DNA from: an uncultured delta proteobacterium | GTDB lineage: Bacteria > Desulfobacterota > Binatia > JACPRU01 | Direction: 5' to 3' | Assembly: GCA_963712515.1 (NCBI GenBank) | Contig: CAVQIG010000017.1 | Span: 79,958-143,957, forward strand | Length of the DNA: 64,000 nucleotides | Part shown: piece by piece, positions 42,582 to 53,712 of the stretch | Position numbering within the stretch: position 1 is the first letter of the stretch | Layout: each line of letters begins with the position of its first letter | The notes under the pieces: model-generated | Told to the model about the DNA's origin: nothing | Databases searched by the model: none | Seen by the model: only the letters and a program-made list of their open reading frames with translations | Program-made: the position numbers and the translations under genes

Positions 42582-42851
42582 TTGCGTGCCCCAGGCGGTC
42601 CGACAGACGAGATGAGGGCACAAGAGGCCGCGTCGGCGCGTTGCCCGAAATGCGGCAAGCGGCTCGAATCCGGAAGGATCGACGACATCGCCCTTGAGAA
42701 ATGTGCTGCCTGTGGTGGCGTCTGGCTCGGCCGTGACGAGATCGCAAAGCTCTCGCAACACGATACGATAGCGAAAGCTTTCTCGGGCGCTTTTTTCAGC
42801 GAATCCTCGTCCACAACCCCCACTGAGTCGCCCCGCAGGTGTTCTCCGTAG
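42582..42851 (+). CDS. Small zinc-ribbon protein (zf-TFIIB-like, C-P-x-C-G … C-x-x-C-G-G-x-W-L), start codon unclear
   Basis: …ARCPKCGKRLESGRIDDIALEKCAACGGVWLGRDEIAKL… The open frame extends upstream to 42498 with no ATG/GTG before TTG 42582. A strong AAAGGAG at 42521-42527 has no canonical start within reach. Confidence 0.4.
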   Translation: MRAPGGPTDEMRAQEAASARCPKCGKRLESGRIDDIALEKCAACGGVWLGRDEIAKLSQHDTIAKAFSGAFFSESSSTTPTESPRRCSP

Positions 42852-43165
42852 AGCCGGCAGTGCCGCCGTCCGATATCGACCGTTGTAGCTTCCGGCCTTT
42901 CCAACCGCTATCCTCCGCCCTCGGCTCGTTCTTAGGCGGTGGCTCTTGGGCTACGACAATCGAGCGTGTCAACTCTCCGAAGTCTCGGATCGTCCTCCGA
43001 ATTAACGGAGGAAAATTCGCGAGAAATCGACCCAATCGAAAAACGCGCCTGAGGAATCGCGGAGATTTTGGCGGCTATCGGGGCGGCACGGTTCCTGTAG
43101 ACTTCACTCGGGCGTAACGGGGGCTTCATCACTTTTGTATATTCCCAAGTAGGGGGACCGTGGCG

Positions 43166-44238
43166 ATGGCAACAGCAACAGGCAAGGATCTCGAAAGCAC
43201 CGCGATCGCCCTGGTTGCCGACGGCAAAGGCATCCTGGCAGCCGATGAGACCTCCCCTACCCTCACCAAGCGGTTCGTAGCGCTCGGCATCGAGTCGACG
43301 GCCGAGACCCGGCGAACGTACCGGGAGATGCTGTTCACGCCGCCGGGCGTGGCCGAGTTCATCAGCGGCGTCATCCTGTACGACGAGACGATCCGCCAGA
43401 AGAGCTCCTCCGGGATGCCGCTCCCCGAGGTCCTCTCGAGCCAAGGCATCATTCCCGGCATCAAGGTCGATACCGGAGCGAAGCCCCTCGCCGCTCTGTG
43501 CCGGCGAGAGCGTCACCGAAGGGCTCGACGGGCTCCGCGACCGCCTCGCCGAATACAGGGAGCATGGGCGCCCGCTTCGCGAAATGGCGGGCGGTCATCC
43601 GCATCGCCGATTCGTTACCGAGCTCGACGTGCGTGAGCGTGAATGCACACGCCCTCGGGCGATACGCTGCGCTCTGTCAGGAATCGGGCCTGGTACCGAT
43701 CGTCGAGCCGGAAGTTCTGATGGACGGCTCCCACACGATCGAGCGGTGCGAAGAGGTCACGAGCTTCGTGCTGCATACGGTGTTCGATGCCCTTCTCGAC
43801 CAACGCGTCTCGCTCGAATCGATGCTGCTCAAGCCGAACATGGTCATCGCCGGCGCGAAATGTTCCCGTCAGGCTTCGGTGCAGGAGGTCGCAACCGCCA
43901 CGCTCCGTTGCCTCCGCCGCCACGTTCCCGCTGCGGTCCCCGGCATCGTGTTCCTGTCGGGCGGCCAGAGCGATCGCATGGCCACGGCCAACCTGAACGC
44001 GATCAATCGACTCCCGAGCCCCAAGCCCTGGAAGATCGGTTTCTCCTACGGGCGCGCGCTCCAGGACCCGGCGCTCGCCACGTGGCGGGGAAAAGACGAG
44101 CACCTGAAAGCCGGCCAGGAAGCTCTGTACCACCGGGCGAAGTGCAATTCCGCAGCCAGTCGCGGCGCCTACTCCGATGAGATGGAATCGGCGTCCGGAG
44201 GTCCGAGCGTTCCGGTGCCCCACGGAGAAGACGACTGA
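43166..44238 (+). CDS. fba: Fructose-bisphosphate aldolase, class I; two frameshifts (~43500 and ~43555)
   Basis: …[56 protein letters not shown]…[16 protein letters not shown] (frame A) → [23 protein letters not shown] (frame B) → [14 protein letters not shown]…LLKPNMV…VFLSGGQSD… (ORF 43498..44238). The second junction is a GGG run. AGGGGGA lies 8 nt upstream of ATG 43166. Confidence 0.8.
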
Positions 44239-44347
44239 CCTCTTCGTCGAGATCAGCCGATCAAAACCCTCGACGCGAAGAAGCCCGAGAAGCCAGCGGA
44301 ACCTTCGAAGAGCCGTAGTCGCAAACAGTTGGATCAAGGAGAAGATC

Positions 44348-46760
44348 ATGGCGAAAGCGCTGTCTGACAAGGAGCTCAATCTCATCGACGCGTACTGGCG
44401 GGCCGCCAATTACCTCTCGGTCGGCCAGATCTACCTGTACGACAATCCGCTGCTGAAGAAGCCCCTGACCAAGGAGCACGTAAAGCCGCGTCTCCTCGGC
44501 CACTGGGGAACCACGCCCGGCCTGAACTTCATCTACGCCCATCTGAACCGACTGATTACGAAGCACGACCTCGACATGCTCTACATCACCGGCCCGGGGC
44601 ACGGCGGGCCCGGCCTCGTCGCGAACGCCTACCTCGAGTCGACGTATACGGAGGTCTACCCGAACATCTCCCAGGATGAAGAGGGCATGAAGCGCCTCTT
44701 CACCCAGTTCTCGTTCCCCGGAGGAATTCCGAGCCACGTGGCTCCCGAGACCCCGGGCTCGATCCACGAAGGCGGTGAGCTCGGCTACGCGATCTCGCAC
44801 GCGTACGGAGCCGCGTTCGACAACCCCGACCTGATCGTGGCCTGCGTGGTGGGCGACGGCGAAGCGGAAACCGGGCCGCTGGCGACGAGCTGGCATTCGA
44901 ACAAGTTCTTGAACCCGGTCACCGACGGAGTGGTCCTGCCGATCCTCCACTTGAACGGCTACAAGATCGCGAACCCCTGCATACTGGCTCGCATCAGCCA
45001 CGAGGAGCTCGATCACCTCTTCCGGGGCTACGGCTACACTCCGCATTTCGTCGAGGGCCACGAGCCGCAGGCGATGCACCGGCTCATGGCGGAGACGCTC
45101 GACTCGGTTCTCAAGGACATACAACAGATCAAGGCCGAGGCGCGCCGGGATGGCTTCAAGAAGCGCCCGAGCTGGCCCATGATCGTTCTGCGCACGCCCA
45201 AGGGATGGACTTGCCCCAAGGAGATCGACGGCAAGCGGACCGAGGACTACTGGCGATCCCACCAGGTGCCGATGGGCGAGATGCACGAGAAGCCCGAGCA
45301 CGTCCACATTCTCGAGCAATGGATGAAGAGCTACAGGCCGGAGGAGCTCTTCGAGGCGAACGGTCGGCTCAAGCCCGAGCTCGCCGAGCTGTCGCCGAAG
45401 GGCGCGCGCCGCATGAGCGCCAACCCGCACACGAACGGCGGCCTCCTTCTCCGCGACCTGCGTCTACCCGACTTCCGCGATTATGCGATCCCCGTAGCCA
45501 CACCCGGCGCGACCAGCGCCGAGTCGACCCGTGTCATGGGCAAGTTCCTCCGCGACGTGATGAAGCTCAACATGGAGGCCCGGAACTTCCGGCTATTCAG
45601 CCCGGACGAGAACAACTCGAACCGCTGGCAGGACGCGATGGAGGTCACCAATCGTGCCTGGGTCGCCGACAAATACGAGTGGGACGACCATCTCGCGCCG
45701 GACGGCCGCGTGATGGAGGTGCTGAGCGAGCACCAGTGCCAAGGCTGGCTCGAAGGCTATCTCTTGACGGGCCGCCACGGCTTCTTCTCCTGCTACGAGG
45801 CGTTCATCCACATCATCGACTCGATGTTCAACCAGCACGCCAAGTGGCTGAAGGTGTGCAACCACATTCCCTGGCGTCGACCGATCGGCTCCCTCAATTA
45901 TCTGCTCTCGTCGCACGTCTGGCGGCAGGACCACAACGGCTTCAGCCACCAGGACCCCGGCTTCATCGATCACGTCGTCAACAAGAAGGCCGACGTCGTC
46001 CGCGTGTACCTTCCGCCCGACGCGAACTGCCTACTCTCGGTGACCGACCATTGCTTGCGGAGCCGCAACTACGTAAACGTCGTCGTTGCCGGCAAGCAGC
46101 CCGCCCCGCAGTGGTTGACCATGGACGAGGCGATCAAGCACTGCACGGCCGGGCTCGGGATCTGGGAATGGGCCAGCAACGATCGGGGGGGCGAGCCCGA
46201 CGTGGTCATGGCATGTTGCGGTGACGTGCCGACCTTGGAGACGCTCGCCGCCGTCGACCTACTGCGCCGCCACGCCCCGGAGCTGAAGATCCGTGTAATC
46301 AACGTCGTGAACCTGATGAAGCTACAGCCGGCGAGCGAGCATCCGCACGGCCTGCCGGACAGCGAGTTCAACACACTGTTCACGACCGACAAGCCGATCA
46401 TCTTCGCGTTCCACGGCTACCCGTCGCTCATCCATCGGCTGACCTATCGGCGGAAGGGGCCACGCGAATCTGCACGTGCGCGGCTACAAGGAGGAAGGCA
46501 CGACGACCACGCCGTTCGACATGTGCGTGCTGAACGATCTCGATCGCTTCCACCTGGTGAGCGACGTGATCGACCGCGTGCCGCGGCTGGGGGCCCGGGC
46601 TGCCTACGCGCAGCAGGCGATCCGCGACAAGCTGATGGAGCACAAGCAGTACATCGCCCGCTACGGCGACGACATGCCCGAGATCACCGGATGGAAATGG
46701 GGGCAAGCCGCGCCGGTCGCCGGCCGACGCGGGGGCTCGACCGAAGCCGATAACGTCTGA
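44348..46760 (+). CDS. xfp: Phosphoketolase (xylulose-5-phosphate / fructose-6-phosphate phosphoketolase), single frameshift at GGGG run 46456-46459
   Basis: AAGGAG lies 7 nt upstream of ATG 44348. …[22 protein letters not shown]…GPGHGGP…EGGELGY… is the TPP-binding signature. After …[10 protein letters not shown] the protein continues in ORF 46476..46760 ([21 protein letters not shown]…). Removing one G from the GGGG run restores a single frame. Confidence 0.85.
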
Positions 46761-46794
46761 GCCGCCGCGAGGCTGCTGTCTGCGGAGCCCGCGC

Positions 46795-47381
46795 ATGGCG
46801 AGTCCCGACCAAGAGGTGTTTGCCATCAGGCATGGCGAGACCGAGTGGAGCCTGAGCCTGCAGCACACGGGCACGACGGACATTCCCTTGACCGAAAACG
46901 GGCGTCGACTCGCCGAGCGGATCCGGCCCGTGCTCGGCAAGGAAAAATTCGAGCTCGTCCTGACCAGCCCCTTGCAGCGCGCGCGAGAGACTTGCGAACT
47001 CTCCGGCCTCGGCGCACACGCCGTCATCGATTCCGATCTAGTGGAGTGGAATTACGGGGAGTACGAGGGGCTGACGCCCAAGCAGATCCACGAAAGGGTG
47101 CCGGGCTGGTTGATCTTCAGGGATGGATGCCCGGGCGGCGAGACACCGGCCGAGATCGGTGCACGGGTGGATCGTGTGATCGCCCGCGCACGTTCCGTCG
47201 AAGGCAACGTCGCGCTCTTCGCTCATGGACACGTGCTGCGCGTGCTCGCGGCGCGCTGGCTCGGGCTGCCCGCCCGGCGCCGGGCAGCACTTCATGCTGG
47301 ATACGGGCACGTTGAACGTGCTCGCGCTACTACCGCGGGATACCCGCCGTGAGAATCTGGAATGGGCCCCTCGCAGGCTAG
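46795..47381 (+). CDS. Histidine phosphatase (phosphoglycerate-mutase-like) family protein; two C-terminal frameshifts
   Basis: IRHGETEWS…TSPLQRARETCE… is the catalytic RHG motif. …FAHGHVLRVLAARWLGLP then switches frame (AGQHFMLDTGTLNVLAL) and again (…AVRIWNGPLAG*, stop 47379-47381). Confidence 0.65.
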
Positions 47382-47402
47382 GCCGGGCGATGAGGGACGT
47401 CG

Positions 47403-48587
47403 ATGGCCGACGCGATCGTCGTTCTCAACGCCGGATCCTCCAGCATCAAGTTCGCGATGTTCGTCGACCGCCAGGGCGAGCTGGAGCTCGAAGTCGGTGG
47501 GCAGATCGAGGGGCTCCATACCGCGCCGCGCTTCGTCGCCCGAGACCGCAGTGGAAAGGTCGAGGGGGAGGCGTCCTGGGAAGAAGGCGAGGCGTTCGAT
47601 CACGGGCGTGCGCTCGATTACCTCCTTTCGTTCCTCCAGCGCCGGCTCGCAGGCGGCCACCTGGTCGGTGTCGGCCACCGCGTGGTGCACGGGGGGATGG
47701 AGTACACTCAGCCCGTCCGCGTCGACCCCGCCACTCTAGTCGCGCTCGAGAAACTCGTGCCGCTGGCGCCGCTGCATCAGCCGCACAACCTTGCGCCGGT
47801 CCGCCTGCTCCTCGACCGCGCGCCGAACCTGCCGCAGGTCGTTTGCTTCGACACGGCCTTCCACCGCACCAGTCCCGAGATCGCGCAGCGATTCGCGTTG
47901 CCGTCCGAGCTGCACGACGCCGGCGTGCGGCGCTACGGGTTCCACGGCCTTTCCTACGAATACATCGCCTCGGCGCTGCCGCGCTTTGACCGCAAGGCGG
48001 CGGGCGGCAAGACGGTCGTCCTGCACCTCGGCAACGGCGCGAGCATGTGCGCAATGGCGGCATCCCGGGCCGTTGCTACGACGATGGGATTCACGGCCGT
48101 GGACGGGTTGGCCATGGGAACGCGCTGCGGCGCGCTCGACCCCGGCGTCCTGCTGTTCCTCATGGACGAACGCGGGATGGACGCGCGCGCGATCGAGAAG
48201 CTGATCTACTACGAGAGCGGCCTACTCGGCATGTCGGGTATCTCGAGCGACATGCGCACACTGCTGGCGAGCAGCGATCCGCGGGCGAAGCTCGCCATCG
48301 ACTTGTACATCTACCGCATCGGCCGAGAGCTCGGCTCGCTGGCGGCGGCGCTCGATGGGCTGGACGCCATCGTCTTCACCGCGGGTATCGGCGAGCATTC
48401 GGCCGTCATCCGCGAGCGGGTGTGCCTCGCGGCGGCATGGCTCGGGGTCGAGCTCGATGCCGAGGCGAACGAGCAGGGCCGCCCCGCCATCAGCAAGCCA
48501 AGCTCCCGGGTTTCGGCGTGGGTGATCCCGACCAACGAAGAGCTGATGATCGCCCGCCACACGCGGCGGGTGCTGAAGGCGCGATGA
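47403..48587 (+). CDS. ackA: Acetate kinase
   Basis: VLNAGSSSIKFAMF…VGHRVVHGG…LHQPHNL…GFHGLSYEY…HLGNGASMCA… are the canonical acetate/propionate kinase motifs. Intact 394 aa. Confidence 0.9.
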   Translation: MADAIVVLNAGSSSIKFAMFVDRQGELELEVGGQIEGLHTAPRFVARDRSGKVEGEASWEEGEAFDHGRALDYLLSFLQRRLAGGHLVGVGHRVVHGGMEYTQPVRVDPATLVALEKLVPLAPLHQPHNLAPVRLLLDRAPNLPQVVCFDTAFHRTSPEIAQRFALPSELHDAGVRRYGFHGLSYEYIASALPRFDRKAAGGKTVVLHLGNGASMCAMAASRAVATTMGFTAVDGLAMGTRCGALDPGVLLFLMDERGMDARAIEKLIYYESGLLGMSGISSDMRTLLASSDPRAKLAIDLYIYRIGRELGSLAAALDGLDAIVFTAGIGEHSAVIRERVCLAAAWLGVELDAEANEQGRPAISKPSSRVSAWVIPTNEELMIARHTRRVLKAR

Positions 48588-48658
48588 AATCGTCGATGGG
48601 AGCCCAAGCGATCGAGCCGTGCGCAGATGAGCAACGACCGTCGTGAGGAGTTGCAGCA

Positions 48659-48915
48659 ATGAGCATCACAACGTCTCGGATACTCGCACGCACGTCGGAG
48701 TCTCCCTCGTTCACCAGCCCTTCGGAACCGGATGTGCGCACCGGTATGCAGGCCGCCACCTTGCGGCAGGCGGTTGCCGGTCACTTGCGTTATTCCGTCG
48801 GGCGCCCGGCGGGATGCTCAACAGCGCGCGCAGCGGCAAGTTCTCATCCGACCGCGCCATCGCCGAGTACTGCGAGGAGATCTGGAACGTGCAGCCGGTG
48901 CCGGTGAAGCTCTAA
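48659..48915 (+). pseudogene. Remnant of a glycogen/maltodextrin phosphorylase gene with ~2.4 kb internal deletion (N-terminal ~50 codons joined out of frame to the last ~35 codons)
   Basis: GAGGAG lies 9 nt upstream of ATG 48659. The N-terminus …TLRQAVAGHLRYSVGRPAG resembles the GlgP/MalP N-terminus. The other frame ends …MLNSARSGKFSSDRAIAEYCEEIWNVQPVPVKL*, resembling the E. coli-type phosphorylase C-terminus (…FSSDRTIKEYA…PVRL). The resident intact glgP ends differently (…AKACSVA). Confidence 0.6.
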
Positions 48916-48937
48916 GGTGCAGGAGGACGGTCGAGAA

Positions 48938-51106
48938 ATGGGACTGCAGCCTGTCAGCCAAGAGAAGCGAATTGGCTCGATTCGCAACGGCCCCGAAGTA
49001 GAGGGCACCGCGGGCTTCGTCAAGAAAGGTTCGAGTGCTCCGCTCGGAGCAACCGTTTCTGGTGGCGGCGTCAACTTCAGCGTGTTCTCGAGGGACGCGA
49101 CCCTGATCGAGCTGCTGTTGTTCGACGGGGAGAACGCCGCCAAGCCGGCGGCGGTCATTCCCCTCGAGCCGAACCGACACAGAACCTATCATTACTGGCA
49201 TGTGTATGTTCCAGACCTCAAAGCGGGCCAGATCTACGCGTACCGAGCTCATGGGCCGTTCGCCCCCGAGCAAGGTCTGCGGTTCGATGGCGAGAAGGTT
49301 CTCCTCGACCCGTATGGACTCGCCATAGCGGTACCCGGCAGCTACGACCGTAAAGCCGCGAGCCGGCCCGGCGACAATGCCGCGGTGGCGATGAAGAGCG
49401 TGGTGGCGGATCCCGACCGCTACGACTGGGAGGGCGACCTGCCGCTCAAACGGCCCTTTGTCGAGACTGTGATCTACGAGATGCACGTCCGCGGCTTCAC
49501 TTTCCATCCCAGCTCAGGCGTCGCGTCCGGGAAGCGAGGAACTTACGCGGGGTTGATCGAAAAGATCCCCTACCTGAAAGACCTCGGAGTGACCGCCGTC
49601 GAGCTGTTGCCGGTTTTTCAGTTCGATCCACAAGATGCTCCGGAAGGCCGCGTGAACTACTGGGGCTACCAACCGGTCTCGTTCTTCGCGCCGCATCATG
49701 CGTACAGCTCGCGGAACGACCCCTTGGCAGTGCTCGATGAATTTCGCGACATGGTCAAGGCGGTGCACCGAGCCGGCATCGAGGTCATCCTCGATGTGGT
49801 CTTCAATCACACCACGGAAGGCGGGTCTGGAGGGCCGACCTTGTGTTATCGCGGCCTGGCCAACGACTTCTACTACATTCTCGAGAAGGACAAAGCGCGC
49901 TACGCCGACTATACCGGCTGCGGCAACACGCTGAACGCCAACCAGCCCATCGTGCGCCGGCTGATTCAGGACAGCCTGCGCTATTGGGTGACTCAGATGC
50001 ACGTCGACGGCTTCCGCTTCGATCTCGCGTCGATCTTGTCGCGCGACGAGACGGGCCATCCGCTGCCGAACCCGCCGGTGCTTTGGGACATCGAGTCGGA
50101 TCCGCTGTTGGCCGGCACCAAGCTGATCGCGGAGGCGTGGGACGCGGCGGGGCTCTATCAAGTCGGAAGCTTCGTCGGCGACACGTGGCAGGAGTGGAAC
50201 GGCAGATTCCGCGACGACGTGCGGCGTTTCGTGAAGGGCGACAACGGTGCGGTGCCTTCCTTGGCGGCTCGACTCATGGGCAGTCCGGATATCTATGGTC
50301 ACAAGCAACGGGAGGCCGAGCAGAGCGTCAACTTCATCACCTGCCACGACGGTTTTACCCTCAACGACGTGGTCTCCTACAACGACAAGCACAACGAGGC
50401 GAACGGCGAGAACAATCGCGACGGTTCGAACGACAACCTGAGCTGGAACTGCGGCGCGGAAGGACCGACGGACGATGGAGCGATCGAGGCGTTGCGCAAT
50501 CGCCAGGTGAAGAACTTTTTCACGCTCGAGCTGCTGGCCGCCGGCACGCCGATGCTGCTCATGGGCGACGAGGTGCGCCGGACTCAGCAAGGCAACAACA
50601 ATGCCTATTGCCAGGACAACGAGATGAATTGGTTTGACTGGAGCTTGTTGGAACGGCACGCCGACGTCCGCCGGTTCGTCCAGTTGCTCAACGTGTTTCG
50701 CCAGCGCCGCGACATCGTGGCGGAAGAAGGCCAGCTCAGCCTGACGCAACTCTTGGAGCGGGCCAATATCGAATGGCACGGCGTGGCGCTCGACCGCCCG
50801 GACTGGAGCGAGCACTCGCACGCCCTCGCCTTCACGCTACGAAGCCTGCTCGCGCGCTTTCTCTTCCACGCAATGTTGAACGCGTATTGGGAGCCGTTGA
50901 CGTTCGAGCTGCCCCCTTTGCCCGCGGAGAGCGGGCAGCGCTGGCGACGCTGCATCGACACCGCACTGCAGTCACCCGACGACATCTGTCACTGGGACAA
51001 GGCCCCGGCAGTGCCGTCGGAGACGTATGTGGCGGGGCCGCGCTCGGTGGTCCTACTCGTGCTGGCGCTGCAAGCCCCCGAGGAAGGTGGTTTCCAGTCA
51101 CCGTGA
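48938..51106 (+). CDS. glgX: Glycogen debranching enzyme GlgX (isoamylase-type, GH13), intact
   Basis: AGGAGG lies 11 nt upstream of ATG 48938. N-terminal CBM48-like segment (APLGATVSGGGVNFSVFS), then GH13 catalytic motifs VILDVVFNHT, GFRFDLAS and EAWD. Confidence 0.85.
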   Translation: MGLQPVSQEKRIGSIRNGPEVEGTAGFVKKGSSAPLGATVSGGGVNFSVFSRDATLIELLLFDGENAAKPAAVIPLEPNRHRTYHYWHVYVPDLKAGQIYAYRAHGPFAPEQGLRFDGEKVLLDPYGLAIAVPGSYDRKAASRPGDNAAVAMKSVVADPDRYDWEGDLPLKRPFVETVIYEMHVRGFTFHPSSGVASGKRGTYAGLIEKIPYLKDLGVTAVELLPVFQFDPQDAPEGRVNYWGYQPVSFFAPHHAYSSRNDPLAVLDEFRDMVKAVHRAGIEVILDVVFNHTTEGGSGGPTLCYRGLANDFYYILEKDKARYADYTGCGNTLNANQPIVRRLIQDSLRYWVTQMHVDGFRFDLASILSRDETGHPLPNPPVLWDIESDPLLAGTKLIAEAWDAAGLYQVGSFVGDTWQEWNGRFRDDVRRFVKGDNGAVPSLAARLMGSPDIYGHKQREAEQSVNFITCHDGFTLNDVVSYNDKHNEANGENNRDGSNDNLSWNCGAEGPTDDGAIEALRNRQVKNFFTLELLAAGTPMLLMGDEVRRTQQGNNNAYCQDNEMNWFDWSLLERHADVRRFVQLLNVFRQRRDIVAEEGQLSLTQLLERANIEWHGVALDRPDWSEHSHALAFTLRSLLARFLFHAMLNAYWEPLTFELPPLPAESGQRWRRCIDTALQSPDDICHWDKAPAVPSETYVAGPRSVVLLVLALQAPEEGGFQSP

Positions 51107-51162
51107 TCAGATCGCGATCCACGCTCTCGCTTAGACGAGCGGATCCGAGGAAGGAGTACGAG

Positions 51163-53673
51163 ATGAGCAAGCAGACCGAGGGCGCCGCCTTGAACGTGAT
51201 GGACGTCGATCCGGTTCCGAAGCTACTCGAACAATATGGATGCGGTCCGATTCAGTTCTCGGGCACGGCCGACGGGCTCTACGATCGCCATCTGCTCTTC
51301 GACGATGTCGTCGACCCGGCCGAGGCTCGCCCGCGGGAGAAGTTCGAGGCGGTGGCCCGCTCCGTGAAGGATGTCCTCGCCCAGCGATGGGTGCGCACGG
51401 AGCAAACCTACGAGCGCGCAAACCCCAAGCGCGTCTACTACACATCGATGGAGTTTCTCATCGGCCGCTCGCTGGCCAACAACGTGACGAACCTCCTCCT
51501 CGGCTCCATTGTGAAGGAAGCCGCCGCGCGCCAGAGCCTCGATTGGCTCGGCCTTCTCGAACAGGAGCCGGACGCGGGTCTCGGCAACGGCGGGCTCGGG
51601 CGGCTGGCCGCCTGCTTCCTCGATTCGATGGCGACGATGGAGCTGCCGGCCATGGGCTACGGGCTGCGCTACGAATACGGCATCTTCCGGCAGTCGCTCG
51701 AGAACGGCTGGCAGCTCGAACGGCCGGACAACTGGCTGCGATACCCGGATCCGTGGGAGGTCGAGCGTCTGGGCGAGCAGGTCGAGGTCAAACTCAACTG
51801 CGCGTTCGAGCTGCGCGGCGGAAGCCTGAGTGCGGTTCGCGACCGCCCGTCCACGTTGATCGGCATCCCGTTCGATCGTCCGGTGGTCGGCTTCGGCGGC
51901 AAGACCATCAATACGCTGCGCCTGTGGGCGGCCGCCGCGCCCGATTTCTTCAACTTCCAGCAATTCAGCGGCGGCGAGTTCGTCGGTGCATTGGCGGAGA
52001 CGCTCGCCGCCGAATCGCTTACGCGGGTCCTCTACCCGGACGACTCCACGAGCATGGGACAGGGCCTGCGTTTCGTGCAGGAGTACTTCCTGGTCGCCTG
52101 TTCCCTCGCCGATCTGGTGCGCCGCTTCCGGCGAACGAACGCCGATTGGAGCGCTCTGCCGTCGAAGGTCGCCATCCAGTTGAACGACACGCACCCCACG
52201 CTGGCCATCCCCGAGCTGATGCGGATCCTTCTCGACGAAGCGCACCTCGGCTGGGACGAGGCATGGGATCTCACGCAGCGGACGCTCGCGTACACGAACC
52301 ACACCCTCCTCCCCGAAGCGCTCGAGAAGTGGCCGCTCGACTGGTTCGAGATGCTGCTGCCGCGCCAACTGGAGATCGTCCTGGAGATCAACCGACGACT
52401 GCTCGACGAGGTTCGGAGCCGCTTCCCCGGAGACGAAGGGCGGGTCGCACGAGTGAGCCTCGTCGAGGAGGGCGCCGCGCGCAAGATCCGGATGGCCAAC
52501 CTGGCGATCGTCGGCTCGCACAGCACCAACGGGGTGGCCGCGATTCACTCCGAGCTTCTACGCACCATGACGGTCAAGGACCTCGCCGAGATGTTTCCCG
52601 AGCGGTTCAACAACAAGACCAATGGTGTGACGCCGCGCCGCTGGCTCGCGCTCGCGAACCCGGCGCTCGCGCGTACGATCACCGAGGCGATCGGCGAAGA
52701 GTGGGTGACAGACCTCGCCGAGCTGCGCAAGCTCGCACCGCTCGCCGAGGACAACGGCTTTCGCGACGAGGTCCGCAAGGCCAAGCGAGAAGCGAAATCC
52801 CGATTCGCGGATTGGCTCAAGGCAACGTCTGGCCAGACCATCGACCCCGATACCATCTTCGATTGCCAGGTGAAGCGCATTCACGAGTACAAGCGCCAAC
52901 TTTTGAACGCCCTGCGGATCGTGGTGCTCTACAACCGGCTGCGCGAGAGTCCCGAGCTCGAAACGGCGCCACGGACCTTCTTCTTCGCTGGCAAAGCAGC
53001 CCCCGCCTACCGGCTGGCCAAGCTCATCATCAAATTCGTGAACAACCTCGCCGGCACCATCGACGGCGACTCTGCGGTGCGCGGGCGGCTCAAGGTCGTC
53101 TTCCTGCCCGAGTACTGCGTTTCGCTCGCGGAGTACTTGATCCCCGCCGCCGACGTCTCCAACCAGATCTCGACCGCCGGCTACGAGGCGAGTGGCACGA
53201 GCAACATGAAGTTCATGATGAACGGGGCGCTGACGATCGGCACGCGCGACGGCGCGACGATCGAGATGGCCGAGGAAGCAGGAGAGGACAATTTCTTCCT
53301 CTTCGGGCTGACCGCGGAGCAAGTGGCCGGCAGCCGCGGCTGGTATGACCCTCATTGGCATTACGACAACGAGCCGGAGACCCGAGCCGCGCTGGATCTG
53401 ATCTTCTCCGACCATTTCAGCCGTTATGAGCCGGGTGTCTTCGCGGAATTGCGCGACACGCTGCTGACGCACGGCGACCACTACATGCATCTGGCAGACC
53501 TGAAATCCTATCTTGAGGCAGACGGGCGGCTCTGCAAGCTCTACGCCGACCCGCATGCGTGGACGCGCAAGGCCGTCCTGAACGTGGCGGGCTCCGGGAA
53601 GTTCTCGAGCGACCGCACGATCGCCGAGTATGCGGCCGAGATCTGGGGCGCGAAAGCGTGCTCTGTGGCATAG
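51163..53673 (+). CDS. glgP: Glycogen phosphorylase (GT35), intact 836 aa
   Basis: GGAAGGAG lies 6 nt upstream of ATG 51163. …YYTSMEFLIGRSL…GLGNGGLGRLAACFLDS… and the PLP site EASGTSNMKFMMNGALTIGTRDGA. C-terminus …GSGKFSSDRTIAEYAAEIW. Confidence 0.9.
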   Translation: MSKQTEGAALNVMDVDPVPKLLEQYGCGPIQFSGTADGLYDRHLLFDDVVDPAEARPREKFEAVARSVKDVLAQRWVRTEQTYERANPKRVYYTSMEFLIGRSLANNVTNLLLGSIVKEAAARQSLDWLGLLEQEPDAGLGNGGLGRLAACFLDSMATMELPAMGYGLRYEYGIFRQSLENGWQLERPDNWLRYPDPWEVERLGEQVEVKLNCAFELRGGSLSAVRDRPSTLIGIPFDRPVVGFGGKTINTLRLWAAAAPDFFNFQQFSGGEFVGALAETLAAESLTRVLYPDDSTSMGQGLRFVQEYFLVACSLADLVRRFRRTNADWSALPSKVAIQLNDTHPTLAIPELMRILLDEAHLGWDEAWDLTQRTLAYTNHTLLPEALEKWPLDWFEMLLPRQLEIVLEINRRLLDEVRSRFPGDEGRVARVSLVEEGAARKIRMANLAIVGSHSTNGVAAIHSELLRTMTVKDLAEMFPERFNNKTNGVTPRRWLALANPALARTITEAIGEEWVTDLAELRKLAPLAEDNGFRDEVRKAKREAKSRFADWLKATSGQTIDPDTIFDCQVKRIHEYKRQLLNALRIVVLYNRLRESPELETAPRTFFFAGKAAPAYRLAKLIIKFVNNLAGTIDGDSAVRGRLKVVFLPEYCVSLAEYLIPAADVSNQISTAGYEASGTSNMKFMMNGALTIGTRDGATIEMAEEAGEDNFFLFGLTAEQVAGSRGWYDPHWHYDNEPETRAALDLIFSDHFSRYEPGVFAELRDTLLTHGDHYMHLADLKSYLEADGRLCKLYADPHAWTRKAVLNVAGSGKFSSDRTIAEYAAEIWGAKACSVA

Positions 53674-53712
53674 CCGAAACACGACTGCCCGTAGCCCGAG
53701 GAGCACAAGACA

